From Cellvibrionales bacterium (GTDB lineage Bacteria > Pseudomonadota > Gammaproteobacteria > Pseudomonadales > GM7GCV1): DNA of 64,000 nucleotides. Below the pieces are notes generated by a model. The model was not told the DNA's origin, did no database searches, and saw only the letters and a program-made list of their open reading frames with translations. A program made the position numbers and the translations under genes. This document shows, one piece after another, positions 10,481 to 20,484 of the stretch (the stretch's first letter is position 1; each line of letters opens with the position of its first letter). The stretch covers positions 12,814-76,813 of the forward strand of contig JACONM010000012.1 of NCBI GenBank assembly GCA_014323765.1, in the 5' to 3' direction.

Positions 10481-11928
10481 AGGCAACGCACCCGCCCGCC
10501 ATTCTGGTTTTGGCGGGTGAAGAATGGCGTTACTGGTGCCGCTCACGGCTGGTGTTGGCGGTCAGCCTGCTGTTTTTGCTGTTGTTAGTCGCCGTCAGCA
10601 CCCTCACCGCGGTGCAAATGACGGCGGAAAATGCCCACCGTGCGCAACATCAACGCGAATCTGAACAGCAATTTCTCGCCCAGCCCGACCGCCACCCGCA
10701 TCGCATGGTCCACTACGGGCACTATGTGTTCCGCCCCCCCGCCCCCTTAGCGATCTTTGACCCGGGCTTGGATGCGGTGACCGGCCAAGCTATGTTTCTG
10801 GAAGGCCACCGCCAGAACTCCGCGACCTTCTCGGCGGCGGCAGGCAGTGCTGCTATGACCGGCATCGCCCAGCTAACCCCGGCCCTGCTCTATCAGCTAT
10901 TCGCCCCGCTGCTGCTCATTTTGCTCGGCCACGGGGCCCTAGTGCGCGAGCGCGAGGCCGGTACCCTGTCCCCGCTGCTCGCGCAGGGGCTGAGCGATCG
11001 CGCTTTGTTGGCCGGTAAGGCATTGGCATTGCTTGGGGTTTGCCTGCTGCTGCTTATCCCCCTCATCGCCAGTGCGCTGGGTGCAGTGGTGCGCGGTGAA
11101 AGCATGCTCGCCGCAATGGCATTGGTCGGGGTCTACGGCCTCTATTTGCTAGGCTGGGCCGGGCTAACTTTGTTGGCTTCCTTTGTTTTGCGCCAGCGCA
11201 GCACCGTGTTGGCTGTGCTGGCCGCACTCTGGCTGGTTTTGACGCTGGTTTTACCGGCTATGGCGGTTAATATCAGTGCCCGCGCCGTGCCGCTGGCTGG
11301 CAAAATTGAAACGGAATTGGCCATGCTGGCCGAGAAACGAGATCTGAGTGACGGCCACCGCCTGCACGGTGCCGCCGCCGAGCAGCTGCGGGCGGACCTA
11401 TTCCAGCAGTACGGGGTGCAGCGGCTGGAAGATCTGCCGGTCAATATCCGCGGTCTTTTTGCGCAGCAGGCCGAACAGGCCCTGACCGCCAGCATGAACA
11501 AATACGCCGAGAAGCGTATGCAAAAGGAAACCCGCCAGGCCCAGTGGATGGCGACTCAGGGCTGGTTCGCGCCGCCCCTAGCACTCGCGATCGCTTCGCG
11601 CCGCATTGCGGGCACCGATCTGGCGCACCATCACCGCTTCCTGCGGCAGGCGGAAGCCTTGCGCTATGAATTTGTGCAGGGCTTGAATCGGGTCCATGCT
11701 GAGCAGCTGCCCTATATCGATGACATCAACCGCAATCGCGATGCGGCGGCCTACGATCGTACCCGCATGGCGGCCAGCAACTGGCGACTGCTCGATTCTT
11801 TTGCGCTCGACCGGGCGGATGCCGCCACCCGGTTGGCCCGTGCCGCCGCGCCCGTTGCCAGTCTAGCCGCTTGGCTCGGCCTGCTGGGTATTTTGCTGTT
11901 TTGGGTGGGCGGCAGGGTGCGGTTATGA
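10477..11928 (+). CDS. ABC-2-type permease, DUF3526-like
   Basis: 483 aa; start overlaps the ATPase stop (ATGA). Multi-TM N-terminal half followed by a soluble alpha-helical insert and a terminal TM, as in DUF3526 permeases found next to TonB-dependent receptors. Confidence 0.65.
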   Translation: MKATHPPAILVLAGEEWRYWCRSRLVLAVSLLFLLLLVAVSTLTAVQMTAENAHRAQHQRESEQQFLAQPDRHPHRMVHYGHYVFRPPAPLAIFDPGLDAVTGQAMFLEGHRQNSATFSAAAGSAAMTGIAQLTPALLYQLFAPLLLILLGHGALVREREAGTLSPLLAQGLSDRALLAGKALALLGVCLLLLIPLIASALGAVVRGESMLAAMALVGVYGLYLLGWAGLTLLASFVLRQRSTVLAVLAALWLVLTLVLPAMAVNISARAVPLAGKIETELAMLAEKRDLSDGHRLHGAAAEQLRADLFQQYGVQRLEDLPVNIRGLFAQQAEQALTASMNKYAEKRMQKETRQAQWMATQGWFAPPLALAIASRRIAGTDLAHHHRFLRQAEALRYEFVQGLNRVHAEQLPYIDDINRNRDAAAYDRTRMAASNWRLLDSFALDRADAATRLARAAAPVASLAAWLGLLGILLFWVGGRVRL

Positions 11929-13214
11929 ATGCTCTGAATATTGGTGCGTGGAGCGGTCTGCGCTCGCTGGTTCGTGAGGCCGGTTTTCTCGCCCGCGATC
12001 GCGCCTTGCTGCTGTGGGTTCTGGTCGTCTTGGGGCTGTCATCGGTGGCGGTTTGGGCGGGGCTGTCTGAGGTGCGTCAGCAACGCGCCAGCATCGCGCA
12101 GCTGCTAGAGGCTGATCGGCAAGACCGCCACAGCCAGTTTGCCGCGCAGAGCGATTGGGGCAGTGCGGCCTATTACAGCTTTCACCTAACTTACGACCCG
12201 CCCGCCGATTTTGCCTTTGCCGCGCTAGGGCTCCGCGACCTGCTGCCCTGGAAACACCGCCTGCGGATGCTGGCATTGGAGGGGCAGATTTACGAGCAGG
12301 ATGTTGGCAATCCGGTGCTGGCACTGGTCGGTCGCTTTGATTTCGCGTTTCTGGCCGCCATGCTGCTGCCGCTGATTCTGATTTTTCTGTTGCATGATCT
12401 ACGCGCCGCCGAGCGCACGGCTGGTCGCCATGATCTGCTGGTGGCGGTGGCCGGCAACGCCCGTACGGTTTGGTGGTGGCGCGCTGGGTTGAAATCTGCG
12501 GCCATTGGTGTCGCCGCGCTGCTGCCGCTGTGGGTCGCTGGGCTAGTTAGCGGCACTGCGCCCATGGTGTTGCTGGCTGCTACAGGTCTGGTGGCGGTGC
12601 ATTTGCTTTTTTGGATGGCGGTTTGCGTGGGGTTGGCTGCTTGGCAACGCCCGGCAGCGGTGATATTGACGGCACTGGTTGGCCTGTGGTTAGTGCTCGG
12701 CACCCTTCTGCCCGCCGCCGGACGCACCGCCATCGAGGCGGCGGTGCCCATTCCCAGCGGGGCGGAAATCCTGCTGACCCAGCGCGAGGCGGTCAACGAT
12801 GCCTGGGACCTGCCGGTGGCGGCGACCATGCGCCCCTTCCTCGCTCGCCACCCCGAATGGGCGGGCGAGCGACCCATCGGCGAGGGGTTTGATTGGGCGT
12901 GGTACTACGCTTTTCAGCAGGTGGGGGACCAGACGGCGGAGCCGTTGTCAGAACGCTACCGGGCCGGGCGCATGGAGCGCGACCGCCTGGCGGGGCTTTT
13001 AGCCTGGCTGGCCCCGCCGGCCCTAGTGGAGCGGGCACTGCAACGCCTAGCTCGTACTGACCTGCGCGCCGCTTTGGCTTATGAAGAGCGGGTGCGCGCC
13101 TTTCATGCTCGTCTGCGGGCCTTTTATTATCCGGGGCTTTTTCGCGGCGAGCCGTTCGAACCGTCTGCACTGGCGCGGCTGCCTGAGTTTTCTGCGGATG
13201 CGGCGGCGGACTAG
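11925..13214 (+). CDS. ABC-2-type permease, DUF3526-like (second paralogue)
   Basis: Track ORF 11871..13214, trimmed to ATG 11925, which overlaps the upstream stop (ATGA at 11925-11928). Same architecture as the preceding gene. Confidence 0.6.
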   Translation: MNALNIGAWSGLRSLVREAGFLARDRALLLWVLVVLGLSSVAVWAGLSEVRQQRASIAQLLEADRQDRHSQFAAQSDWGSAAYYSFHLTYDPPADFAFAALGLRDLLPWKHRLRMLALEGQIYEQDVGNPVLALVGRFDFAFLAAMLLPLILIFLLHDLRAAERTAGRHDLLVAVAGNARTVWWWRAGLKSAAIGVAALLPLWVAGLVSGTAPMVLLAATGLVAVHLLFWMAVCVGLAAWQRPAAVILTALVGLWLVLGTLLPAAGRTAIEAAVPIPSGAEILLTQREAVNDAWDLPVAATMRPFLARHPEWAGERPIGEGFDWAWYYAFQQVGDQTAEPLSERYRAGRMERDRLAGLLAWLAPPALVERALQRLARTDLRAALAYEERVRAFHARLRAFYYPGLFRGEPFEPSALARLPEFSADAAAD

Positions 13215-13324
13215 GGGCTAGAGGCGCATCCGTTTGTTATCGCGCCTCTTTATCCAGCCCGCCCCCCGGTCTTCCCCGCTCTTTGCTCGTTTCTCATTTT
13301 TCCCATCCTTTCCACCCTTCTCAA

Positions 13325-14914
13325 ATGACGGATATCGATCTGGCCCGTGAAATTGAGCGGCGGCGTACCTTCGCGATCATTTCCCACCCCGATGCGGGCA
13401 AGACCACCCTGACCGAAAAACTGCTGCTCTACGGCAACGCCATCCAAGTGGCCGGCGCAGTCAAGGCCAAGCGCACTGGGCGCGGTGCGACCGCCGACTG
13501 GATGGCGTTGGAGCAGCAACGCGGCATTTCGGTTAGCACGGCGGTGATGCAGTTTCCCTATCGCGGGCGGGTTCTGAACCTGCTCGATACCCCTGGTCAC
13601 GAGGATTTTTCCGAGGACACTTACCGCACCCTGAGCGCGGTGGACTCTGCGCTGCTGGTCATCGATGGGGCGCGCGGCGTGGAGGAGCGCACCATCAAGC
13701 TGATGGAGGTGTGCCGGCTGCGCGATACGCCGATCCTGACGTTCATCAATAAAATGGACCGCGAGACCCGCGACCCCATCGAGCTATTGGATGAAATCGA
13801 GCGGGTGTTGCAAATTCGCTGTGCCCCGATCAACTGGCCGCTGGGTAGCGGGCGTGGCCTGCTGGGGCTTTACGATCTGCACGGCGACCGCATCCACCGC
13901 TATCAGCGCGGCAGCGGCAGCCGCATTCCGGAGGATCTGCGGTTATCCGGGTTGGAGTCCGCCGCGGCCCGGGAGCTGTTGGCAGACCGCCACGCCGATG
14001 TTCTGGAGGAGGTGGAATTGGTGCGCGGCGCGACCCATGCTTTTGATCTGGATGATTATCTGGCGGGCCGCCTGACGCCGGTGTTTTTCGGCACTGCGCT
14101 GGGCAATTTTGGGGTGCGCGAGCTGCTCGACCAGTTCGTACAATGGGCCCCCGCGCCGCAACCGCGCGCCACGGATGAGCGCGATGTGCAGCCGCATGAG
14201 CCGCATTTTTCCGGCTTCGTGTTTAAAATTCAGGCGAATATGGACCCTCGGCACCGCGACCGTCTAGCCTTTTTGCGCATCTGTTCTGGCACCTATCGCA
14301 AAGGGCTGCGGGTGCGTCAGGGGCGCACTGGTAAGGAGGTGAAAATCGCCGAGGCGGTAACTTTTATGGCGGGTCAGCGCACGGCGACGGATGCGGCGGT
14401 GGCGGGCGACATTATTGGCTTGCACAGCCATGGAGCCATGCAAATTGGCGACAGTTTTAGCGAGAGGGGCGAGGCGGCGCGCTTTGTTGGCATCCCCAAT
14501 TTTGCGCCGGAGCTATTCCGCCGCGTGTCCCTGCGCGACCCGCTGCAAATGAAGGCGTTGCGCAAGGGGCTGCAGCAGTTGGCGGAAGAAGGCTCGGTGC
14601 AGGTATTTTTCCCCGTAAAAAACAACGACATACTGCTCGGTGCCATCGGCATGCTGCAATTTGAGGTAGTAGCTTTTCGGTTGCAGGACGAATATCGAGT
14701 CGCTGCGGCCTATGAGCCGGTCGATATTTACAGTGCCCGCTGGCTCGATTTCCCGGACGCGCCGACCGAGGCCGAATTCCGCCGCAAAGCCAGCGCAGGG
14801 CTGGCCATCGATGGAGCCAGCCACCCCACCTATCTGGCCAGCAGCCGAGTCAATTTGGCATTACTGGAAGAACGCTTCCCCACGGTGGCATTTCGCGCTA
14901 CCCGGGAGCATTAG
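13325..14914 (+). CDS. prfC: Peptide chain release factor 3
   Basis: Track ORF trimmed to ATG 13325 ([34 protein letters not shown]). GTPase G1-G4 motifs ([12 protein letters not shown]). Confidence 0.95.
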   Translation: MTDIDLAREIERRRTFAIISHPDAGKTTLTEKLLLYGNAIQVAGAVKAKRTGRGATADWMALEQQRGISVSTAVMQFPYRGRVLNLLDTPGHEDFSEDTYRTLSAVDSALLVIDGARGVEERTIKLMEVCRLRDTPILTFINKMDRETRDPIELLDEIERVLQIRCAPINWPLGSGRGLLGLYDLHGDRIHRYQRGSGSRIPEDLRLSGLESAAARELLADRHADVLEEVELVRGATHAFDLDDYLAGRLTPVFFGTALGNFGVRELLDQFVQWAPAPQPRATDERDVQPHEPHFSGFVFKIQANMDPRHRDRLAFLRICSGTYRKGLRVRQGRTGKEVKIAEAVTFMAGQRTATDAAVAGDIIGLHSHGAMQIGDSFSERGEAARFVGIPNFAPELFRRVSLRDPLQMKALRKGLQQLAEEGSVQVFFPVKNNDILLGAIGMLQFEVVAFRLQDEYRVAAAYEPVDIYSARWLDFPDAPTEAEFRRKASAGLAIDGASHPTYLASSRVNLALLEERFPTVAFRATREH

Positions 14915-14936
14915 TCTGCCGCCTGCGTTTAATGGG

Positions 14937-15590
14937 TTACCCGGCTTCCTGCCCACAGATGGCCCGGCAGCCGGCGGCTAGAAAAGGGATCATTTTTTCA
15001 TAGGCGGTGGCGAAATCTGTCGATTTGCATAGGCCGCCAGAGAGCCGATCAATGCGCCCGGTCTGCGCCAAGGTTAGGGCTAGAGTCCCCGAAATATATT
15101 GATAGCACCAATGCAGATCTTCATCCCGAGCATGGGGGAATCTATCGCGGAGTGCCTCGATAAACTCGCCTACGCGCCGGTCTAGTACCTTGGGTAGCAG
15201 CTGCTTATTCCACTCGGCAGAGGTGATGACGTGCGCCAGTAGGGCTAGGTAGTGATGCCAGCCCGCATCGCCGCTTTCTTGAGCAATTTTTAGCGGTAGC
15301 AGAAAGGCGCGGATGATTTCTTCTAGGCTTTGTTCGGGGGATCCGGCTTCCGCCTTGGTTGCATTGAGGGCCTCTGTGCGCCAATTACTGAGAATTTCGG
15401 TACGCCGATCAAAGACTGCGCGGAACAGCTCTAGTTTTTTGCCGAAATAATAGTTGATCAATGCCACATCGATGCCGGCGGCCTGAGTGATTTGCCGGAT
15501 GCTGACCCCGTAGTAGCCGCGGGTGGCGAATAGTTCTTCGGCGACATCCAGAATGTGTTCGCGCATTGGTCCTTGCTCCGCATTGCTCAT
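14937..15590 (-). CDS. TetR/AcrR family transcriptional regulator
   Basis: Track ORF trimmed to ATG 15590 (MSNAEQGPMREHILDVAEELFATRGYYGVSIRQITQAAGIDVALINYYFGKK), which carries the TetR helix-turn-helix. Confidence 0.9.
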   Translation of the reverse strand: MSNAEQGPMREHILDVAEELFATRGYYGVSIRQITQAAGIDVALINYYFGKKLELFRAVFDRRTEILSNWRTEALNATKAEAGSPEQSLEEIIRAFLLPLKIAQESGDAGWHHYLALLAHVITSAEWNKQLLPKVLDRRVGEFIEALRDRFPHARDEDLHWCYQYISGTLALTLAQTGRIDRLSGGLCKSTDFATAYEKMIPFLAAGCRAICGQEAG

Positions 15591-15633
15591 TTTTTGCTTG
15601 CTGATGCCGCTGGCGCACATCGTCTTCGACTTG

Positions 15634-15657
15634 TATATTCAACAAATGTTGAATATA
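15634..15657. promoter_or_regulatory. Palindromic operator (site 1), presumed TetR-regulator binding site
   Basis: TATATTCAACA-AA-TGTTGAATATA: perfect 11-nt inverted arms with a 2-nt spacer, in the divergent tetR/symporter intergenic region. Confidence 0.65.
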
Positions 15658-15700
15658 TTGCTCGGTGCATTATATAGGCTGTTGCGGAAGCCATGCGTCC

Positions 15701-17131
15701 ATGTGGGTAGAAATTGTGAAGTACGGCCTAGTGCTGGCTTATGTAGCACTAGTGTATTGGCTGTCTTGGGTGGGCATGCGACGTACCGCGGATGTGCGTG
15801 GTTTTGTCATCGGCAATAAGGATATGAGCCCCTATGTTGTCGGTATTACGCTGGCGGCATCCATCGCTTCCACGGCCACCTTTGTCATCAACCCGGGGTT
15901 TGTCTACGTACATGGCTTGTCCGCCTATGTGCATTATGGGGTGGCGGGTTCGCTGGGGGTGCTCGCCGCTTTTTTGGTGCTTTCTAGGGGCTTTTTGCGC
16001 CTCGGTGAGCAGTCCCAAGCGCTGACCATCCCAGCCTGGATTTATCACAGATACCAGAGTCGCGGCTTCAGTTTGTTTTTCGCCCTGCTCAATCTGCTTT
16101 CCATCACCTTTGTGGTGCTGATTTTGGTCGGTTGCAGTTATCTGGTGGCCGGGCTCTTTCCGGTGGGGCAGAAAACGGCGTTGGTGCTAGTGGTGCTGTT
16201 CGTTTTTTCCTATGTGTTGTTGGGCGGCACCTACGCCCATGCTTACACCAATACGCTGCAAGGGTTGATGATGCTCTGCGTGACGGCTTTCCTGCTGCTG
16301 CATGGGCTGCCCAATTTTGATGGCGGGTTTTTCGCCGCGCTCAAACAGGTAGGACCCAACTATGCCGCGCTTTACAACCCGGAAAGCGACCTCTACTACA
16401 GCTTTTTCTCGGTATTTGTGAGCGGTTTTGTGGTGACTTTCGCGCTCATGCTGCAACCCCATATACTGACCAAAGTGCTCTATTTGCGGAGCGAGCACGA
16501 CCTCGGCAAGTTTATCGCCACCACTGTGCTGGTGGGGGCATTTTTTGCGCTCATGCTTATGGTGGGATTTTTCGCACGCTTGCAGGGCTACGAAATTGCG
16601 CAGCAAGATGCCGTGGTGATGCGTTACCTAGCGTTTAGTTTGAACGACGGGGCACTTGAGCAGGTTTTGCACATCTTTATTTTGCTGGCCTTGTTGGCGG
16701 CGGGGATGAGTACCCTGGATGGCATTCTGGTGTCGCTGTCGGCCATGGTGGTGAATGATATTGCTAAGCCCATGCTTGGGGCAAGGCACAGCGGCCTAGC
16801 TTGGTCGCGTTGGGTGTTGGTGGGCCTAGGGCTGGTGGGACTGGTGCTGGCTTGGAACCCGCCGGAACTGGTCGGCTTGTTTGCCCAGAAGGGGGTCTAT
16901 GGGCTGGCGGCTGCTTCTTTGGTGCCCATCCTGTTCGGTGTGCTGTTCAAGGCTACACCGCTTTGGCTGGCAGTCACGTGCGCTGCTACCGGGCTGCTTG
17001 TGCATTTCTATTTGCACCTGTTCGCTGGGGTGACTAACCCGGCGGTGGCGGCGACTTGGGCCATTTTCGCCGCCCTGGGTATTGCCTGTATCGGGATGTT
17101 GGTGCGCTCGGTCGGCGGCGGCAAAAAATAA
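15701..17131 (+). CDS. Sodium:solute symporter (SSF) family transporter
   Basis: Track ORF trimmed to ATG 15701 (MWVEIVKYGLVLAYVALVYWLSWVGMRRT...FVIGNKDM). About 13 TM helices; SSF-like start. Confidence 0.75.
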   Translation: MWVEIVKYGLVLAYVALVYWLSWVGMRRTADVRGFVIGNKDMSPYVVGITLAASIASTATFVINPGFVYVHGLSAYVHYGVAGSLGVLAAFLVLSRGFLRLGEQSQALTIPAWIYHRYQSRGFSLFFALLNLLSITFVVLILVGCSYLVAGLFPVGQKTALVLVVLFVFSYVLLGGTYAHAYTNTLQGLMMLCVTAFLLLHGLPNFDGGFFAALKQVGPNYAALYNPESDLYYSFFSVFVSGFVVTFALMLQPHILTKVLYLRSEHDLGKFIATTVLVGAFFALMLMVGFFARLQGYEIAQQDAVVMRYLAFSLNDGALEQVLHIFILLALLAAGMSTLDGILVSLSAMVVNDIAKPMLGARHSGLAWSRWVLVGLGLVGLVLAWNPPELVGLFAQKGVYGLAAASLVPILFGVLFKATPLWLAVTCAATGLLVHFYLHLFAGVTNPAVAATWAIFAALGIACIGMLVRSVGGGKK

Positions 17132-17151
17132 AATTTAATTTGCTATTGAAA

Positions 17152-17169
17152 ATTCAACAAATGTTGAAT
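17152..17169. promoter_or_regulatory. Palindromic operator (site 2)
   Basis: ATTCAACA-AA-TGTTGAAT, the same core as site 1, about 90 nt upstream of the second TonB-dependent receptor gene. Confidence 0.6.
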
Positions 17170-17185
17170 ATCTTGCGCGGTACGT

Positions 17186-17203
17186 ATTCAACAATCGTTG
17201 AAT
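17186..17203. promoter_or_regulatory. Palindromic operator (site 3, one mismatch)
   Basis: ATTCAACA-AT-CGTTGAAT, 34 nt centre-to-centre from site 2. Confidence 0.5.
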
Positions 17204-17254
17204 TAAGGGCACACATTGTGTCGAACTTAGCAAGACTCAAGCAGGGGTGAAGCC

Positions 17255-19615
17255 ATGATGTATATTCAGATCGCGCAAATGCTGCGCACTCACTGTGGGC
17301 CGGGCGGTGCCATGCTGTTGGCAGTCCTCGCCGTTCTGGCGGTGCCTGCGTTGGCGCAGGATGGAGCCGGACCGGTTTTGGAAGAGGTGATCGTCACGGC
17401 GCAAAAGCGGGAGCAGAATCTGCAGGAGGTGCCGGTGTCCATCACCGCATTTAGCGAAGCGGAGTTGGCTCGTGCCGCCGCCTTGACTCTGGTTGATCTG
17501 GAGAAAAACTCGCCCAATACACAGCTGCGGGAGAGTCGCGGTACCAATTCCACTCTGACCGCCTTTATTCGCGGTATCGGCCAGCAAGATCCGCTTTGGG
17601 GGTTTGAACCTGGGGTCGGTCTCTATGTGGATGATCAGTATATTGCGCGTCCGCAGGCTGCCGTTCTGGACCTGTTTGATGTCGAGCGCATCGAGGTGTT
17701 GCGCGGGCCGCAAGGCACCCTGTATGGCAAAAACACCATTGGCGGGGCGGTGAAATATGTCACCCGCTCGATTGTGGGGCCCCGCGGATGCGCAGCTTCG
17801 TTGACGGTGGGCAGCTACGGTCAGCAAGAAATCGGGCTGACCGGTAGCTTGCCAGTCGTGGACGGCGTATTCTATCTGGGCGGGGGGTTTAAGCTCTTAG
17901 AGCGCGATGGCTACGGCACCCAATTCAAGGATTACGATAAGGATACCGGCGATTTTGGCCGTACCGCAGAGAACTACAACAAGGACGTGAAAACAGGTCG
18001 ATTGCGCGCCGAAATTTTGCCGGCAGATAGTTTTTCCATTCTGTTATCGGCGGATAAAACTCAGGATGATTCCAACAATCGTTGCGGCTCGCGCTTTGCT
18101 GCGAATCGGATCCCTGCGCCCAACGGCGAATTCTTCGGGCCGCTTGGCAGCGTCTACGATTCCGCATGCGGAATGACTGAGGTCAGCAACGTTGAGTCAT
18201 CGGGCTACTCGGCCACTTTCCAATACGAGCACAGCGATGCCATGAGCCTGAAATACATCTTTGCCGACCGCGAGGGGAATACCGAGACCTTCATCGATTT
18301 TGACGGCACTCCATTGGATACTTTTGAGGTGCCGGCATTTTACCGGGATGATCAGACGACGCACGAATTGCAACTCAGCTATCTGTCCGCCAACATTAAG
18401 GCGGTCGGAGGGCTTTACCACTACAAGGGCAATGCGGCCGGTGCCTTTGATGCCCTGTTTGCGCAGTTCGGTGGCGGGGTGCTCAGCGGTTCGCAGTTTT
18501 CCAACGCCGTGTTTGGGGATGTGGACACCACCAGTAAAGCCGCCTATTTGAATGTCGAATTTGCTCTGGCGGACGATTTCACTCTCATCGCTGGTGCCCG
18601 CTATACCGATGATGAAAAGGCCGCCTCCGTCAATCGGCAATTTGTGATTACTTCCGAATCCGTGGCGGGCACCACCACTCAAGGCTCTGGCCTGACCTTT
18701 GGTGACCCGGCCAACGACACAGTGACGGCAATCCGCACCAATTTCAGTAAAGAGGATGCCAACAACAGCTGGAGCGAGTTCAGCCCAACTCTGAAATTTG
18801 CCTGGGATGTTTCTGCCGATACCATGCTCTACGGCGGCTGGTCGCGCGGCTTCAAGTCCGGCGGTTTTGACATGCGGGCGGATGCTGTGGATGAACCCAA
18901 TGTCGTCGAGGGCTACGACCCGGAAATTGTGGATACTCTAGAATTCGGGGTGAAAGCAGATATAGCCGCGGGACGAGTGCGGCTGAATGCCGCCATCTTC
19001 CGCTCGGAATTTGAAGACATGCAGCTGACTGTGCAAACCACGGTGGACACTCCTGCGGTTTTCTCTTCCACTGTACTAAATGCTGGCAAAGCGGAAATAC
19101 AGGGCGTTGAATTGGAAGGCACGGCGCAGATCACACAAAATCTGACCGCCAAATTGGTGTTGGGGTTCCTAGATGCCGAATTTATTGAAATTAACGATGC
19201 CGAGTTAGGCAATGTCGCTAGGCCGCACGAGGATGACGAAGGGAATGCGCTGCCGCCGTGGGAGATGCAGAATGCGCCGGATTGGAATGGCCAACTATCT
19301 TTGAGTTATTCGCAGGAATTGGGCGGCTACGGCAACCTGTCCTTGACGACTGCGCTGGCCTATCGAGATGCGGTGCGCATTTTTGACCAGACCGCCAGTG
19401 TCCTCGACCAGCCATCTTATTCCCTGTGGGATGCCAGCGCAGTTTGGGATTCGCCGGGTGAACAGTGGCGCGCCGTCCTGTTGTTGAAAAACATCAGAGA
19501 CGAGGAGTACCGCACCGGCGGTTACAACTTTCCCGCGACCGCTGGCGAGGATGCTATTGTCGGTTTTTACGGTGCGCCGCGCACTTGGACCGCTGAGCTT
19601 AGCTATCGTTTTTAG
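17255..19615 (+). CDS. TonB-dependent receptor
   Basis: 786 aa. Signal peptide ending ALAQDG, plug (EEVIVTAQKREQNLQEVPVSITAF, IEVLRGPQGTLYGKNTIGGAVKYVT) and terminal ...LSYRF. Confidence 0.9.
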   Translation: MMYIQIAQMLRTHCGPGGAMLLAVLAVLAVPALAQDGAGPVLEEVIVTAQKREQNLQEVPVSITAFSEAELARAAALTLVDLEKNSPNTQLRESRGTNSTLTAFIRGIGQQDPLWGFEPGVGLYVDDQYIARPQAAVLDLFDVERIEVLRGPQGTLYGKNTIGGAVKYVTRSIVGPRGCAASLTVGSYGQQEIGLTGSLPVVDGVFYLGGGFKLLERDGYGTQFKDYDKDTGDFGRTAENYNKDVKTGRLRAEILPADSFSILLSADKTQDDSNNRCGSRFAANRIPAPNGEFFGPLGSVYDSACGMTEVSNVESSGYSATFQYEHSDAMSLKYIFADREGNTETFIDFDGTPLDTFEVPAFYRDDQTTHELQLSYLSANIKAVGGLYHYKGNAAGAFDALFAQFGGGVLSGSQFSNAVFGDVDTTSKAAYLNVEFALADDFTLIAGARYTDDEKAASVNRQFVITSESVAGTTTQGSGLTFGDPANDTVTAIRTNFSKEDANNSWSEFSPTLKFAWDVSADTMLYGGWSRGFKSGGFDMRADAVDEPNVVEGYDPEIVDTLEFGVKADIAAGRVRLNAAIFRSEFEDMQLTVQTTVDTPAVFSSTVLNAGKAEIQGVELEGTAQITQNLTAKLVLGFLDAEFIEINDAELGNVARPHEDDEGNALPPWEMQNAPDWNGQLSLSYSQELGGYGNLSLTTALAYRDAVRIFDQTASVLDQPSYSLWDASAVWDSPGEQWRAVLLLKNIRDEEYRTGGYNFPATAGEDAIVGFYGAPRTWTAELSYRF

Positions 19616-19626
19616 CGTTTCTGGAC

Positions 19627-20484
19627 ATGCAATCCTTCGCAGACCTCTGGTACCAGAGCAAGGACGGCTTGCGGTTGTACGCTCGCGACTATGGCAATTC
19701 GACCGCGGAGATTGCGGTGGTGTGCCTGCCGGGGTTGACGCGCAACGCTAAAGATTTCGCGCCCCTCTGCGAGCTGTTGCGGGTGGATTTTCGGGTGCTG
19801 GCGGTGGATTTGCGCGGGCGCGGGCGTTCCGCTTACGACCCGGATCCGCAAAATTATCATCCGGGAACCTATGTGGAGGATATTCAGCAGCTTCGCCGTC
19901 AGCTGGGTGGGCAAGATCTGGTGTTTATCGGCACCTCGCTTGGGGGCCTGGTCGCGATGTTGGCGGCGGCTATGGCACCGACCGGCATCCGCGGTTTGAT
20001 CATCAATGACATAGGCCCGGAGGTGAACCCTGCGGGGCTGGAACGGATTCGCTCTTACATTACTGAGTCGCGCCCGCCCTGTGATTGGCAGGAGGCCGTC
20101 GCTCGCACGAGCGCACAGCTGGCACCGGCGTACCCCGCTTTTCAGCAGAAAGAGTGGGAGGCTCTCGCCGATTGCTTATATATAGAAGACGAGCAGGGGC
20201 TGCGTTTGAATTATGACCCGGCGATCGCTGTGTTGTTCGAGAAGTCTGAAGCGGGGGTGGCGTTGCCGGACATGTGGCCAATGTTTGCCATGTTGAGTGC
20301 ATTGCCTATGTTGGTGGTGCGCGGTGAGCTTTCGGATATTTTGTTGCCGGAAACCCTAACCAAGATGCGCCGCAATCACCCTGCGCTGACGTGCATTGAG
20401 GTGGCGCAAGTGGGGCATGCGCCGCTGCTCAGTGAGCCACAGGTGCTTGCCGGCATTCGCGCTTTTTTTAGAGGCATTCGATAG
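19627..20484 (+). CDS. Alpha/beta hydrolase fold protein
   Basis: 285 aa. VVCLPGLTRNAKDF and the nucleophile elbow GTSLGG, with a distal VGHAPLL histidine. Confidence 0.8.
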   Translation: MQSFADLWYQSKDGLRLYARDYGNSTAEIAVVCLPGLTRNAKDFAPLCELLRVDFRVLAVDLRGRGRSAYDPDPQNYHPGTYVEDIQQLRRQLGGQDLVFIGTSLGGLVAMLAAAMAPTGIRGLIINDIGPEVNPAGLERIRSYITESRPPCDWQEAVARTSAQLAPAYPAFQQKEWEALADCLYIEDEQGLRLNYDPAIAVLFEKSEAGVALPDMWPMFAMLSALPMLVVRGELSDILLPETLTKMRRNHPALTCIEVAQVGHAPLLSEPQVLAGIRAFFRGIR

